From assembly GCA_964016885.1 (NCBI GenBank), contig OZ024743.1:33046001-33110000 (forward strand): a DNA stretch of 64,000 nucleotides, read 5' to 3'. Each line of letters opens with the position of its first letter. Within the stretch, counting starts at the first letter, position 1. Positions 41,639-54,732 of the stretch are shown here, in pieces. Both the position numbers and the translations under genes were made by a program. The stretch is from Eledone cirrhosa. Its lineage: Eukaryota. The notes beneath the pieces were generated by a model. The model ran no database searches. It saw only the letters and a program-made list of their open reading frames with translations, and was not told the DNA's origin.

Positions 41639-43111
41639 AACTTTATCCTATTTCATAGTGTTTCTTAATATCATTACTTCAAGACATCAAACTTAATATT
41701 GGGTAATAGTCATTAAATTTTAAATATATAATGAAAGAAATAAAAAAAAACGAATTGACTTTCATCATGCAAACACATTTATTTTTTAGGTCACATGCAT
41801 TGCATTTTCTGAATATTTTTCGAAAATCAATCCATGTCCAATAAAATTACAAAAGATAGAGTTATAGAATGGAATTTCATACTGCTAAAATGTACATTGA
41901 TTTGTAAACTTACATTCTAGGAAAATAATTTGGATTATCAAATTTATTGATGTATATCTCTTGTTAATCCTTTCATAATCATACTTGTATTAAAAAACAC
42001 TGAATAATTTCCAAATATTCAGGAATTTTGAATGATTTAGAAATGTAGCTGTTTCATTATATATTTAATTTTTGGAGCATAACTTAGCAAGTTTCTTAAA
42101 TAGAATTATGATGGAAGGTTTTTAGATAAATATAAACATTTTAAAATATGCAATTGTGTATCATAGAACCATGAGTGGGTTTTTTTTGGCATGTGTGTGT
42201 GGGGTGGGGTGATATCAAAAGGATAAGTTATTATTTTGGTCTTAGATACGCCAGCGTTTTACATTATTCTATTGACTATACATGCACCTTTGATGAGTTG
42301 TAGTGCACCTGAGTACTGTACACAATAATTTTCATTATTATTATTAATATCCAATCCCTTTTATACACCATATTTACATTAGACCTGTAATACTTTCATT
42401 ACCATATTTCTAATAAAGCTACTGCCTGTGATTTTGAAAATAATCAAGAATTTTGAGAGATTTAGTAAAATAATTATCTTTTCATTAAGCTGGTGTTTGA
42501 AACATAACTTAACAAAGGTTCCTATATAAAATTATGATGGAAGAGTTTTAGATAAATATAAATACTTTAAAATAGACAGTTTTGTATCATAAAACCATGG
42601 GTTATTTGAGGTGGTTTAGTGTTAAAAGTGTTAAAAATAGTGAAAAGAAAAACAACATAATTCGTTTTACCTTTTTTTTTAGTGTTATTACAGAGTAAGA
42701 AGAATGTGCATGTGTTTACATTGAGTGTATGTGCCATTAATTAGGTGAGCTATTAGGACTAATACTATCAGATTCACTTTCAGTGAGTTCAGTTCTATAA
42801 TACATTAAGATTAGTGAAAATAATTTGTTTTGACTTTTGCACAGTGTTGCTACAGAGTGAGAAGGGGGTGCATGGGTTTACTTACATTGTATGTATGTTA
42901 CATTGTGTGTTTGCCTCTAATTAATTGATCTAACCCTTATATCATGTGACTGTATAAAACAGTAATGATGAATATCTATATTTTCTATATGCATTTGTGT
43001 ATGCAAATACAATTGTATGAAAATAACAAATATGTGTACCTATCATATAATAGTGCTTATTTTTGTGTACATGTTTCATATACTATGCTATTTTAAACAC
43101 ACACATACACG

Positions 43112-43152
<41 letters not shown>

Positions 43153-43953
43153 ATGTATATATAATTTGAAATATGAGCATTCCAGTGTACAAAATGACTC
43201 TAATATTAGTCAATTTCTATAAATAATAGTTGAGAAAAATCAGGTAAAATAAATTTGGAGATGACAAAAATGACCAGAGACACCTCTGTCCATTTTTTCC
43301 TTCTCCAAAGATATTCTACCCAATTTTCTCTACTATTATTTATATTGATCGACAGTTATTACAGCAATTTTCTATGTATGGATGCTCATATTTCAAATTT
43401 CAAATGCTCGCAATTTTTTCCTGTCAAAATGTTTGTTTACATTTCCAGCTATGGAATTAGTTGCCAGCATATTACAAAAGTGGGATTAGTTGCCAATACG
43501 CACTCCCATGTTATTCAAGGGATGTAGGTTTTCATTTCCTTGCAGGTCCCTCTGTCCACACCTTTTCATCTCTGGAGGTATTTTGCCTGATTTTCTCAAC
43601 TATTATTTACAGTGATCAACTATTTTCAATGTCATTTTCTGTGTTGAGATGCACATATTTCAATTTCAATTTCAATTTCTCTCAGTGTTTTGTAAATCAA
43701 AGATTTTATATATAATATATTATTTATTTATGTTCATGAGCTTTTGATTCCTGAGTCAGGCCTGATCGATACAGATTGAACTTTGAGCTTATCAATTGCG
43801 AAACATGCATCACACTTCAATAAATGTAATGAAAATTTAACACCTCGTCCATATTATTATCATACATATATATATATGTTAAGTATTTCCATAGAAAAGG
43901 TAAAGGAAAAAAAGACGAGTGCTCTATGTATTATATAGAGCTATTTAATTACA

Positions 43954-44143
43954 TAATAAACAACACAATATAATTATTTCATTACCGAAGGTTTCAAGAA
44001 ACAAGATGATTCTTGCAAGGTGCAAGGAACATCCAGTTCGTTCGTCAGACAAAATAATTGACGAACAAACTGGATGTTCCTTGAAAGAATCATCTAGTTT
44101 CTTGAAACCTTTGGTAATGAAATAATTATATTATGTTTTTATT
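43954..44143. repeat. Inverted repeat (~90-bp arms) of a Penelope-like terminal segment
   Basis: aatataattatttcattaccgaaggtttcaagaaac...gttcgtca is mirrored by tgacgaac...gtttcttgaaacctttggtaatgaaataattatatt. Followed by (TA)n. Confidence 0.8.
43972..44059 (-). ncRNA. Type I hammerhead ribozyme
   Basis: aattattttgt-CTGACGA-long stem II-GAA-ACC ttc GGT-A-atgaaataatt. Stem I has 11 bp (2 G.U), stem III has 3 bp, and the triplet is GUA. Confidence 0.72.
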
Positions 44144-45019
44144 ATTTAAATATATATATATATATATATAATATAGAATATTAATGAATATATATATATA
44201 GATAGATAGATACTCATTAATATTTGATCTAATTAAGGCAGGACTTATGACCATTTTAGAACTCAATGTAGTGCTGTAGTATATTTATATATGTAAACCC
44301 CTCCCACCCTTCATTAGAAATTAGATATCATATAATAAATCATATTGGTACGAGTTCAAAATACCATCATGATCAAAATATAATATTCACAAGTAAATGT
44401 TTGTGGTATGTTACTGTTATTTATTTTATTGACCAGGGCATGGAAAGTGCTAAAACATGACTTTAATGTGGTTTGAAGTGTGAAACATTCCAATATTTTT
44501 AAGATAATAATATTTTAGTTGACTATTTGTCTATTTGACTCAGCTAGTAGTTTGTGTCAACTAATCGTACTTGGCAAGGTTATATTTGAAATTCCAAATT
44601 ATTCAGTTTAAATTTTGCCATGAAATAGAATTTCATGTAAAGCCATATAATCAAATTATAGTTGTTAATTTTATCTTGTGAAAGAAAAAACTATAAAACA
44701 AAATATAATGAATAGCTGATTAGATTCCACTATTGAATAAGCATATGAGATATTAACTAGATGTAAAGAATCTATTTAGAATTGTCACCTTTTGTGAATT
44801 TTCTTTATTAAAGATCATAAGATTTTAAGGCCTTAGATCAAGTACCCAATGTTAAATGCAGAAAAATTCGGAATTATATTTTAACAATTTATTTCTAGGA
44901 TGTAATTACATAAATGTTCAGTATATATATACCAATGATATACAAGATTAAATGTATGAATAACTTTGGAGGGGTAGCTAATTACATGGGTAAGATTTAG
45001 GGTTAGAATCTAGAAACTT

Positions 45020-46120
45020 GTGATTGAAAAGCTAACTTTTTAATGTACCACGTACACCAGTGTCATTTCAAACACACTTTTCTCCAACAATACCCCGATT
45101 CAAACTGACACGCAGCCTTGTAATGCGGAATGTCTAATGTCTCTGATCTTCACATTGCAAGACATTGGTAAACCTCCTTCTTTCAGCCTCTTTTTGTGCT
45201 ATGTATATATTTCACCTAGCCTCTCTTTTAGCTACCTGGTACTAGACTCTGCTGTCCCCATTTTTCCAATCTTTCTATACATGTCTCTTGGCTTTAATGG
45301 CTCTATCTACTGTGTTGTGTCTCCATCTGGTCTTCTTCTGTTTGGCTGATATTATGCTCCAGCCACAAGTCTTTTCAGAGTCTGTATTAGATTATCATGA
45401 AGGAACTTCCAATTGTCCTCTATGTCATATGTTTCTAACTCGTCTTTCTTCTCATATGCTTCACATAAAGCTTTCTTATACCTATACTTAACAGAAAGAT
45501 CTTTTAGCCTCCAAAGCCTCCTTCTCCAGATTTTATTGCGTTTCTTCTTCTGTCTTGAGCTTAATTTGATATCGATAGTAACTAACACGTGTTTGGCAGT
45601 GCATTCTTTTCCAGGAAAGGTCTTAATATTTCTAATCATCTTTCTATCTTGTTTTATAACAAATACGGAGTCAATTTGGCTCATGTGTTCACCTGACTGG
45701 TAGGTGATCAGGTGGCTGGCTGGATTCCTGAAGTAAGTGGTACAAATGGTTAAATCATTTGTATCACAGAATTCCAGGAGAATCATTCCCACTTCATTAT
45801 CTTGAGTCATAGCCACTGTGTACAGCAGTGTAGCCATCCCTGTGCTGTCCAACATGTCTTCTGAAGTCACCAACCAAGATGATGAAGTCTCTGTCATCAG
45901 TAACTGAGGTTGTCTGTAAAAGTTGCTCATAATTGTGGTCCTTTTGTTCCTTACTTAGTCCTGCTTGTGGTGCATAGCTAGAGATAATTGATGTCATTCC
46001 ATTGCCTAAGACTATTCTAGGTTTGATAATTCTGTTGATTCCTCCATCTACTTCAATTACTTTATCTATCCACTTCTCAACTATTAGATTTCCCACTCCG
46101 CTTACCCCCATCGTCATTAC
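45020..46120 (-). pseudogene. Decayed RTE APE/linker fragment
   Basis: Broken ORFs with SYAPQAG, ILLEFCDTNDLTIC, HLITYQSGEH.SQID and RRLWRLKD, homologous to the 55.9-kb ORF. Confidence 0.85.
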
Positions 46121-47396
46121 CTACACAATTGTAGAAATCATACCACTGAATCGAACCAGGTCTGTCAGTCTCAGACATTGACAATCCATTCATCTCATGC
46201 AAGCATGGAAAGTGGATGTAAAATGATGATGATGGTAATGATAATGGCTTTTGATGAAGGCAACAATAACAAATATAATCAACACTGTAGATTTCAATTG
46301 AAACCATATATGATGGAAGTTTTAATCGTTAGATATTGTTGTTTTTATTGAGATATTACAGAAAATTAAGAGTGAGAATTATATATTAAATTACATGTTT
46401 CATTAGTTATAAACCATTAGCTTTATTTGTGTAAAATCAATCTCTTTATAAAACGATATTAATAAATTAAAAGGGCAAAATGTATATCGATACTTCGCAA
46501 TATGAATGGAAAATACATAAAATTTTATAAATATTTAATTTATCCTATTGTCTTTATGTTCTTGATCTATGTAGATCCTTCCAACCCTTGCTAGCAGGGA
46601 GAGCAGGCGCTAAAAGGATTGTATATATATATATATATATATCAAATTTGAAATTTTCCCAGTGCTTCTTAAATCAATCGCTTTCTTTACTCTTCTAGTT
46701 ACAGGCTTCAAATCTTCCCAAGAGATAGAATTGGCAGCTTGTAGCTCGTTAGTGTAGTGGTTAAAGCACTCACCAAGAAATTTGATTCCTTACAAGTGCC
46801 TTTGTCCATTATCTCTAGGGATACTTTACTTGATTTTCACAAATACTTTTTAGGGTGATCAACTATCATTATCTCTACATTAGGCAGCACAGATTTCAAA
46901 TTTCATACATCAATGTACAAGAGAATTTCCTCCATATGCACCGATGTTCTAATTATATATATATATATGTTTTCTAATATTAAATGTTGAGTATTGAATG
47001 TTTGACTTTGTATCATAAATCAGCTATTATTTGCTTGTATGTATGTATGTATATATGCATAACCCTATTACACATCTATACTCCATTCATGAATACTAAC
47101 ACTTCCAATCCCATCCATGCCTCTCATCCCAACTGCTAACTCAACCCAACATGACACAACTCAAGGTTTTCGCTCTCTCCCCCCTCTCTCCATCTCTATA
47201 TATCTCTCTCTAGATCCCTTCTCTGTCTGATGGTTCGACATCTCCCCGTCATCCTTCCTCTGTTCTCCCTTCCTTTTGCCTTCTTCTCCTTCTTCATCTA
47301 TCTCTCCCTTTCCCCTCTCCACGCTTCTCTCCCTCTCTCCATCTTTTTACTCACTCTTCACTATCCTGATGGCCTCCAAAAGCAACGGTCAATTTT

Positions 47397-47522
<126 letters not shown>

Positions 47523-47544
47523 CATACATATATACATATATACC

Positions 47545-47582
<38 letters not shown>

Positions 47583-47740
47583 TACATACATATATACATA
47601 TATACCTACATATACATATACATACATATATATATATATATATATACATATATACATACATATATATATATACATATATACATACATATACATCCATATA
47701 TATATATATATATATATACATATATACATACATATATATA

Positions 47741-48342
47741 TGGTGGCTGCCAACTCGTTTACGGCCACTACTTTATATCCATGTAGGAGAACCCCTACCG
47801 ATGCGCTGAACGAGTGTGACTTTTTAGTCTAGCCAGCGACTTGAAAACTCTAGTACAAACACTACACCTGTGACAATGATTGACACACAGTGCTGGGCCC
47901 ATGGTACCATGTGACGACAAGTGCAGAGAGATCTCCAGATATAAAGCAATGCCTGTGCCGTGAAGCTTTTATAGTGAGCAAAGGCACTGCACAAAGCCAG
48001 TCCCACTCTCTTAACCAAGATGTTATTTACCAAAAAGAAGAACAAGTCAACATCATTGGATACCATCAGGGTTGCAGGTGTTATATCAGAGTTTTCCTTC
48101 TCCTAGAATTCTGCCTTGACAAAGGCTAAGAGGTCATCTCTCCCGGTGATTTTGGATGGCCATTGACTCTTACGAGCTCCTTTGCCCTTTGACAGGTTTT
48201 GTTTTTAGTCCTGCAGGATGTCCATAGTCACCCTCCTCACCAAGAAACCTTGGTGGGGTTGCCAGTTTAGTCGCCAACGACCCGACCATGGGACAGGTTG
48301 TACTGGGATACATGTTACCAGTAGCACCAACTGGTGACCTGA
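47741..48342 (-). mobile_element. Non-autonomous bipartite RTE derivative, copy A (~600 bp)
   Basis: Reverse complement of 62052-62659. Has the RTE 5'UTR motif ctaggagaaggaaaactctga and a 6-nt deletion (ctcgaa) in the 3' stem-loop. Confidence 0.85.
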
Positions 48343-48964
48343 GAAGTTGCACATTGTTTAATTGTGATTGGATGTTTGGTTTGAAATTGAGATCGGTATA
48401 TTAAAGATTGGAATTTGAACATTGTAAAATGTATATATTGCTAGAGGGTTATCTGTCGCATATTACATACACATGGGTGGAGGTGCATAAATGTATGTGT
48501 GTGCACACTCACTCAGAAGGTGCATTCCCTGTGTTGTTAATTGAAGGTCGAGGGTTTTTAGTATATATATGTAGATATGTGGGTTTGACTTTCATGCATT
48601 TGTGGCTGTTAAGTTGTGCATATCTGCAATCAAAAACTGCATGTGTAAGCCTGTACATTCACATCCATAATTCTTAGCTATATGCATAACTTAACAGCCA
48701 TAAATGCATGAGGGTTAGTCCTATATATTTGTATATATGTGCTAAGAACTTTTGATTTTCAATTGATAGCACAGGGAATGTGTTTTCTGAGTGAGTGTGT
48801 ATATATATGTGTTTATGTGCCTTTGCCTTTGTGTGTGTAATATGCGATGGATAATCTCTCTGGCAATATATATATTTAATAATGTTTAAATTCCAATTTT
48901 TAATATATTGATCTCAATTTTGAACTAGATATCTAATCATAATTGAACAATGTGTGATTTCTCA
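48340..48964 (+). repeat. Long inverted repeat whose mismatches are G.U pairs (arms 48340-48623 and 48680-48964)
   Basis: Base-by-base pairing of the outer ~50 bp shows only Watson-Crick or G.U pairs on the + strand, and the pattern continues by eye. The loop is 56 nt. Confidence 0.92.
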
Positions 48965-49366
48965 TATTATGTATCTGTGTTCCATTCATGAATGTTAATG
49001 TTTCTAATTTTATTTGTGCTTTTCATCCCAGCTGTTGGCTCAACTTGGTATGACATAGCTTGGGGTTTTCGTTCTCTCCCCCTCTCTCTATCTCTATATA
49101 TGTCTCTCTGGATTTTTTCTCTGTCTGATGGTTTGATATCTCCCCATTATTTTTCCTCTGTTCTCTTTTCTTTTTGCTTTCTTCTTTTTCTTTATCTATC
49201 TCTCCCTTTCTTTTCTCCACGTTTCTCTCTCTCTCTCCATCTTTTTACTTACTCTTAACACAATGACTTACTAAAGTAAACAAATCACTATCCTGATGGC
49301 CTCCAAAAGCAACGGTCAATGTTTAAAGGGGTACGTCAATGTCTATTTGTGGAACTGTTATATATT

Positions 49367-49432
49367 GTATTTTGTCTGATGAAGGCATACCATAATGTAA
49401 CTTGGTATCCTTAAAATATATATAATGAAATA
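49367..49432 (+). ncRNA. Hammerhead motif with core mutation (GAAA>AAAA), likely inactive
   Basis: tattttgt-CTGATGA-aggcatacca/tggtatcctt-AAAA-tatata-TA-atgaaata. Same family as 15953-16007. Confidence 0.6.
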
Positions 49433-49559
49433 AATATGGTTTTGTAAATATAGTTTCCATTTGTTAATATCGTATATCTGCTCCAAACATTTGTCGAGTG
49501 CTTTATATCGGTTATAAAAATATTTGTTTGTTGTATCCCAACAATTTAAATGAAACTTT

Positions 49560-49562
<3 letters not shown>

Positions 49563-49617
<55 letters not shown>

Positions 49618-49659
49618 AGTATATATGTATATATATGTGTGTATATATATATATGTATA

Positions 49660-49696
<37 letters not shown>

Positions 49697-49697
49697 A

Positions 49698-49728
<31 letters not shown>

Positions 49729-50011
49729 GTATGTATATATGTATATATATATATATATGTATGTATATATGTATATATATATATATATGTATGTATATAT
49801 GTATATATATATATATATATATGTATGTATATATGTATATATATATATATATGTATGTATATATGTATATATATATATATATATATGTATGTATATGTGT
49901 ATATATATATATGTATGTATATATGTATATATATATATATATGTATGTATATATGTATATATATATATGTATGTATATATATATATATATATATGTATGG
50001 ATATATGTATA

Positions 50012-50042
<31 letters not shown>

Positions 50043-50048
50043 ATATAT
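49563..50048. repeat. Compound (TA)n/(TATG)n microsatellite array
   Basis: Read directly. Similar arrays at 47400-47740, 54992-55303, 59288-60392 and 61050-62050. Confidence 0.95.
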
Positions 50049-50093
50049 AATTAAGTTAAAAATGTACATCCACATATGTATACTGAAATACTA

Positions 50094-50543
50094 ACACACA
50101 CAACAGAACAACAACATCAACTGCCACCACCACCACCACCGCCACCGCCGTCGCCATCACCATCACCAGCGACCTGGCCTTAAGAACAACTTTAATAATA
50201 ATTTTTCTGCTTTTGGCACGGATCCAGCGACTGGCCAGCGCATCACTGGTACTCTCTTTTGTTGACTCCGTGGAGAGCCATAACTCTATGCTGTAAAGCA
50301 ATTATAGTAATACTGGACTGTAATACGATCGGCTTCAACTATACAAACTCTTGAAAGTCAACAGTTGACATAATCTGGTAATCTTGTATCAGTAATGACG
50401 GTAATATATATATATATATGTGTGTGTGTGCGTGTAAGTGAGTAGAGTAGCGTGTGTGTGTGTTTGTTGTGTGTGTGAGTGTTGCTGTGTGCACGCATAT
50501 GTATGCGTGTGTGTGTATGTCGTACGTATAAGTGTCAATAAGT

Positions 50544-50580
<37 letters not shown>

Positions 50581-50879
50581 GCGGGGACATAGAAATAATC
50601 GGGCTGGATGCCCGATCGCGCAGTTAAACCACTGGGAGGGAAGAACCCCTAGCCCATGTCAGGGTATTCTTCTAGGAGAAGGCATCTCAGGAAACTGGGT
50701 TAACTCCGATATAAAAACTGCGGCTCAGTAGTTACCGATGATGTTGATCTTTTCTTCTTTTCGGGTTATAGCTACTGTCGCTCAGAGAGTGGGATTGGTT
50801 CAGTGCACAGTCTTTCCTCACTTTAAAAATATTCGTCACGCACAGGCATTGCACGAGTGCATTAATAATTATTAATAGT

Positions 50880-50916
<37 letters not shown>

Positions 50917-50945
50917 TATTATTACTTTTTTTTTTTTTTTTTCCT

Positions 50946-50980
<35 letters not shown>

Positions 50981-53900
50981 CCAATTCAATGATGTTCCAG
51001 AACAATGTAAACGAGATAATTGCCAATTTGGGTTCTGGAACAAAAAAGATCATTGGCAATAAGGGCAGGGGCCCCAAGTTATCACAACCTGGGCCCGCCC
51101 GTCATCGTGCCATTGTAATAGAGCCAAACAGGGCATTTAGTCTTGGCTGCTGGAACGTACGGACGCTGCTTGACAGGGATTCTTTGGAGCGTCCTGAACG
51201 AAGGACCGCTCTTGTTGCGAAGGAGCTTCGACGTTACGATCTTGACATCGTGGCTTTGTCTGAGACGAGGTTAGCTGGAGATGGTCATCTTACGGAATTT
51301 TGTGGAGAATATACATTCTTCTGGAAAGGAAGAGATGAAGGAACCAGAAGAGAGGCTGGGGTAGGATTTGCTGTTAAGACTGTACTGGTGAATAAATTGG
51401 AAGAATTCCCAGTGGGGATTAGTGAGCGTCTTATGTCCATGAGAGTTCCGCTGGACAAGGGAAGATATGCTACCCTGGTGAGTGTGTATGCTCCAACTAT
51501 GAATTCTGTCGATGAAGAAAAACTGTCCTTTTACCATGCCTTGAAAGGTGTTTTAAGAAATATCCCTCAGGCAGACAAAGTCATCGTGCTTGGTGACTTT
51601 AATGCTAGAGTGGGTAGGGATTTTAACACATGGAATGTAATCGGAAGGCATGGGGTGGGAAAGTGTAACAGCAATGGTATGCTCTTGCTGCAGATGTGTG
51701 AGGAGCTGGATCTGTGTGTTACCAGCACCATGTTCCAACGGAAGAACAAATTCAAGACCACATGGATGCATCCTGCATCTAAGGAATGGCATCTTTTGGA
51801 CTACGTCCTAGTCAGGATGCGTGACAGACAGGATGTGCGGTGTGTTCGTGTTCTTCGTGGAGCTGAGTGCTGGACGGACCACCGCCTGGTACGCGCAAAA
51901 GTGAATCTAATCACCAAACGTAAAATCCGGGCTCCTGGTGTTGCCCTGCCCAAAAGATTGAATGCTGCTCGTCTTAAGGATAAAAATGTGAAGAGGACAT
52001 TGGAAGAAGAGATGCAGGCTGCAGATCTTGGTGAGGATTGGCCGACCCTTAAAAAGTCGGTTTATGATGTAGGCAGACGTGTTCTGGGATTGGTGCAGAG
52101 AAAACATCAGGACTGGTTTAATGAGAAAGATGTGCATATAGATGACTTGTTGGCTGATAAGAGGCGCGCTCTGTCACGCTACTTGACGGCAAGACCACAG
52201 GAGAGGAATACGTTGCATGAGGAGCTCAGGGATGTAAAATCACGTGTTAGGCGGAGTCTTTCTCAGATGAAGGATCAGTGGTGGAGTGAGAAGGCTGGTG
52301 AGATACAAACTGCGTCTGATTGCAATAACACAAAGCTGTTGTACAGTCTCTTGCGTGAGGTTTATGGACCGTCTTCTTCTCTGGTGACACCGATTCGCAG
52401 CAGGGATGGCAAAGAACTTCTTCGTGACTCACAGGGAATTCTACGAAGGTGGCGGGAGCACTTTGATGATCTTTTGAATCAGCCGTCTGTCGTCAGTGAA
52501 GATTTCCTCAATCTCATTCCGGAAAGTCCTGTGAAAGTAGCTCTCGCAGAGCCTCCGACACTTGTGGAGGTTGCAGTGGCTATTTCGAAGCTGAACAGTG
52601 GAAGATCTCCAGGTATGGATGGCATACATGCTGAGCTCCTACAATATGGTGGTGAGAGACTCCTGCAACATCTTCACTCTCTGTTTGGAAGGATATGGGC
52701 TAATGAATCCGTGCCTGAGGACTGGAGAGATGCAGTAATGGTGGTCTTGTACAAGGGAAAGGGTAACAGGAATGATTGTGGGAACTACAGAGGTATATCA
52801 TTGCTTTCTGTCGTGGGGAAAGTTTTATGTAGGGTGCTTCTGGACCGTCTGCTGACACACATTGCAGATTGTGTCCTTCCTGAAAGTCAATCTGGTTTTC
52901 GTGTTGGACGCGGCACTACTGATATGATCTTCTCAGCTAGACAGCTCCAGGAGAAGTGCATTGAACAGGGCTTGGATCTGTATCAGGTTTTTGTCGATCT
53001 GACAAAGGCTTTCGATACTGTCAACAGAGATGCATTATGGAAGGTTCTCCAGAAACTTGGTTGCCCTGATAAGTTCCTTGCTTTAGTTAGGTCTTTCCAT
53101 GACGACATGAAGGCTTGGGTTAATGTCGGAGGTAACATGTCGGAGCCTATCTCAGTAAAAAATGGAGTGAAACAGGGGGATATTCCAGCACCGACCCTGT
53201 TTGCCATATACTTTGCAATGGTTTTCTGTATTGCATTCAGGAATTGCGAGCATGGTGTTTACATCCGATATCGAACCTCAGGCAGCATATTTAACATCAG
53301 GCGCTTTGCTGCGAAGACAAAAGTATTTACATCAGTCATAAGAGACCTCTTGTATGCAGATGATTGCGATCTTGTAGCGCACACAGAGAGTGATATGCAG
53401 CACATTTTGAATGTATTTTCTGACGCTTGCACTGCCCTGGGTTTGACTGTCAGTCTCAAGAAAACCGTCGTCATGTACCAACCTGCACCTGGTAGGCAGT
53501 ACACTGAACCAAACATCTATGTGTATGGCAAACGACTTGGAGTGGTTGATCAGTTTGTCTACCTGGGAAGCACTGTCAATCGATACGGCAACCTTGACAG
53601 TGAAATCTCACTTAGGATTAGGAAAGCAAGTGATGCTTTCGGAAAGCTAGAAAGGCGACTCTGGGGTCGGCGAGACATATGCAGGAGGACAAAGGTAAGG
53701 GTGTACAGGGCATGTGTACTCTCTTGTCTTCTTTATGCCTGCGAGACCTGGGTCACATATCGACGCCACCTTAAGCAATTGGAGCGTTTCCATCAGATGT
53801 GTCTCAGACGGATACATGGCGTTCGCTGGAGGGACCACATCAGTGATGTCGAGATTTTGGAAAGCTCTATGTGTGACAGTATAGAAGCTCTTGTGCTTAA

Positions 53901-54542
53901 GCAGCGACTCCGTTGGAGTGGTCACCTTGCCAGGATGAAGGATTCTAGAATACCAAAACAACTCTTCTATGGAGAGTTGGTTAAAGGAAAACGACCGCCA
54001 CATAAACCAAAAAAGAGGTATAAGGATTCCTTGAAGGCCTCTCTGAAAGACGCTAACATCTCTGCTGATACATGGGAAAATATTGCTGCTGATCGTAATA
54101 AATGGAGAAAGACTGTATATGAGGGAAAAGTTGCCTTTGAGGCATCTCGAATCGCACACGAGAAAGTAAAGCGGGACGTGAGGAAGGGTATTGCTGTTGC
54201 ACTTCCAGACGGCGAGGGTCCTCCTATGTTTCTGACATGCAGCGTCTGTGCGAGACTCTGCCTAAGCAAAGCTGGACTCGAAAGTCATCTTCGCAGTCAT
54301 AAAGTAAGACCAGTGGTTGACTACCAGGCTGCTGTTGGAGATGCTACTCATCATGCTTGCCAAACATGTGGTAGAGAATGTAAATCAGCAGGAGGACTCA
54401 AGCGACATGCAAAAGTACACGAACTCCAACCACAGCCGACTATTCCCAGTAAATGTTTTGGTTGCCGACTCTGTGCAAGACATTTTGGATCATTGGCTGG
54501 GCTAAAAAGCCACATTCGATCGCAGCACTGTTAGTTGCTATC

Positions 54543-54580
<38 letters not shown>

Positions 54581-54679
54581 GCTTATGTGCGTGCGTGTGT
54601 GTGTATATATATATGAATATGTATATTATTATTGTTGTTGTCGTTATTATTATTATTGCTATTATTATTATTATTATTA

Positions 54680-54732
<53 letters not shown>

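Noticed and set aside
50878-50988. Poly-Tyr/poly-Phe N-terminus of the 1218-aa ORF
   Set aside because: It is an (ATT)n and poly-T tract upstream of the likely ATG at 50989.
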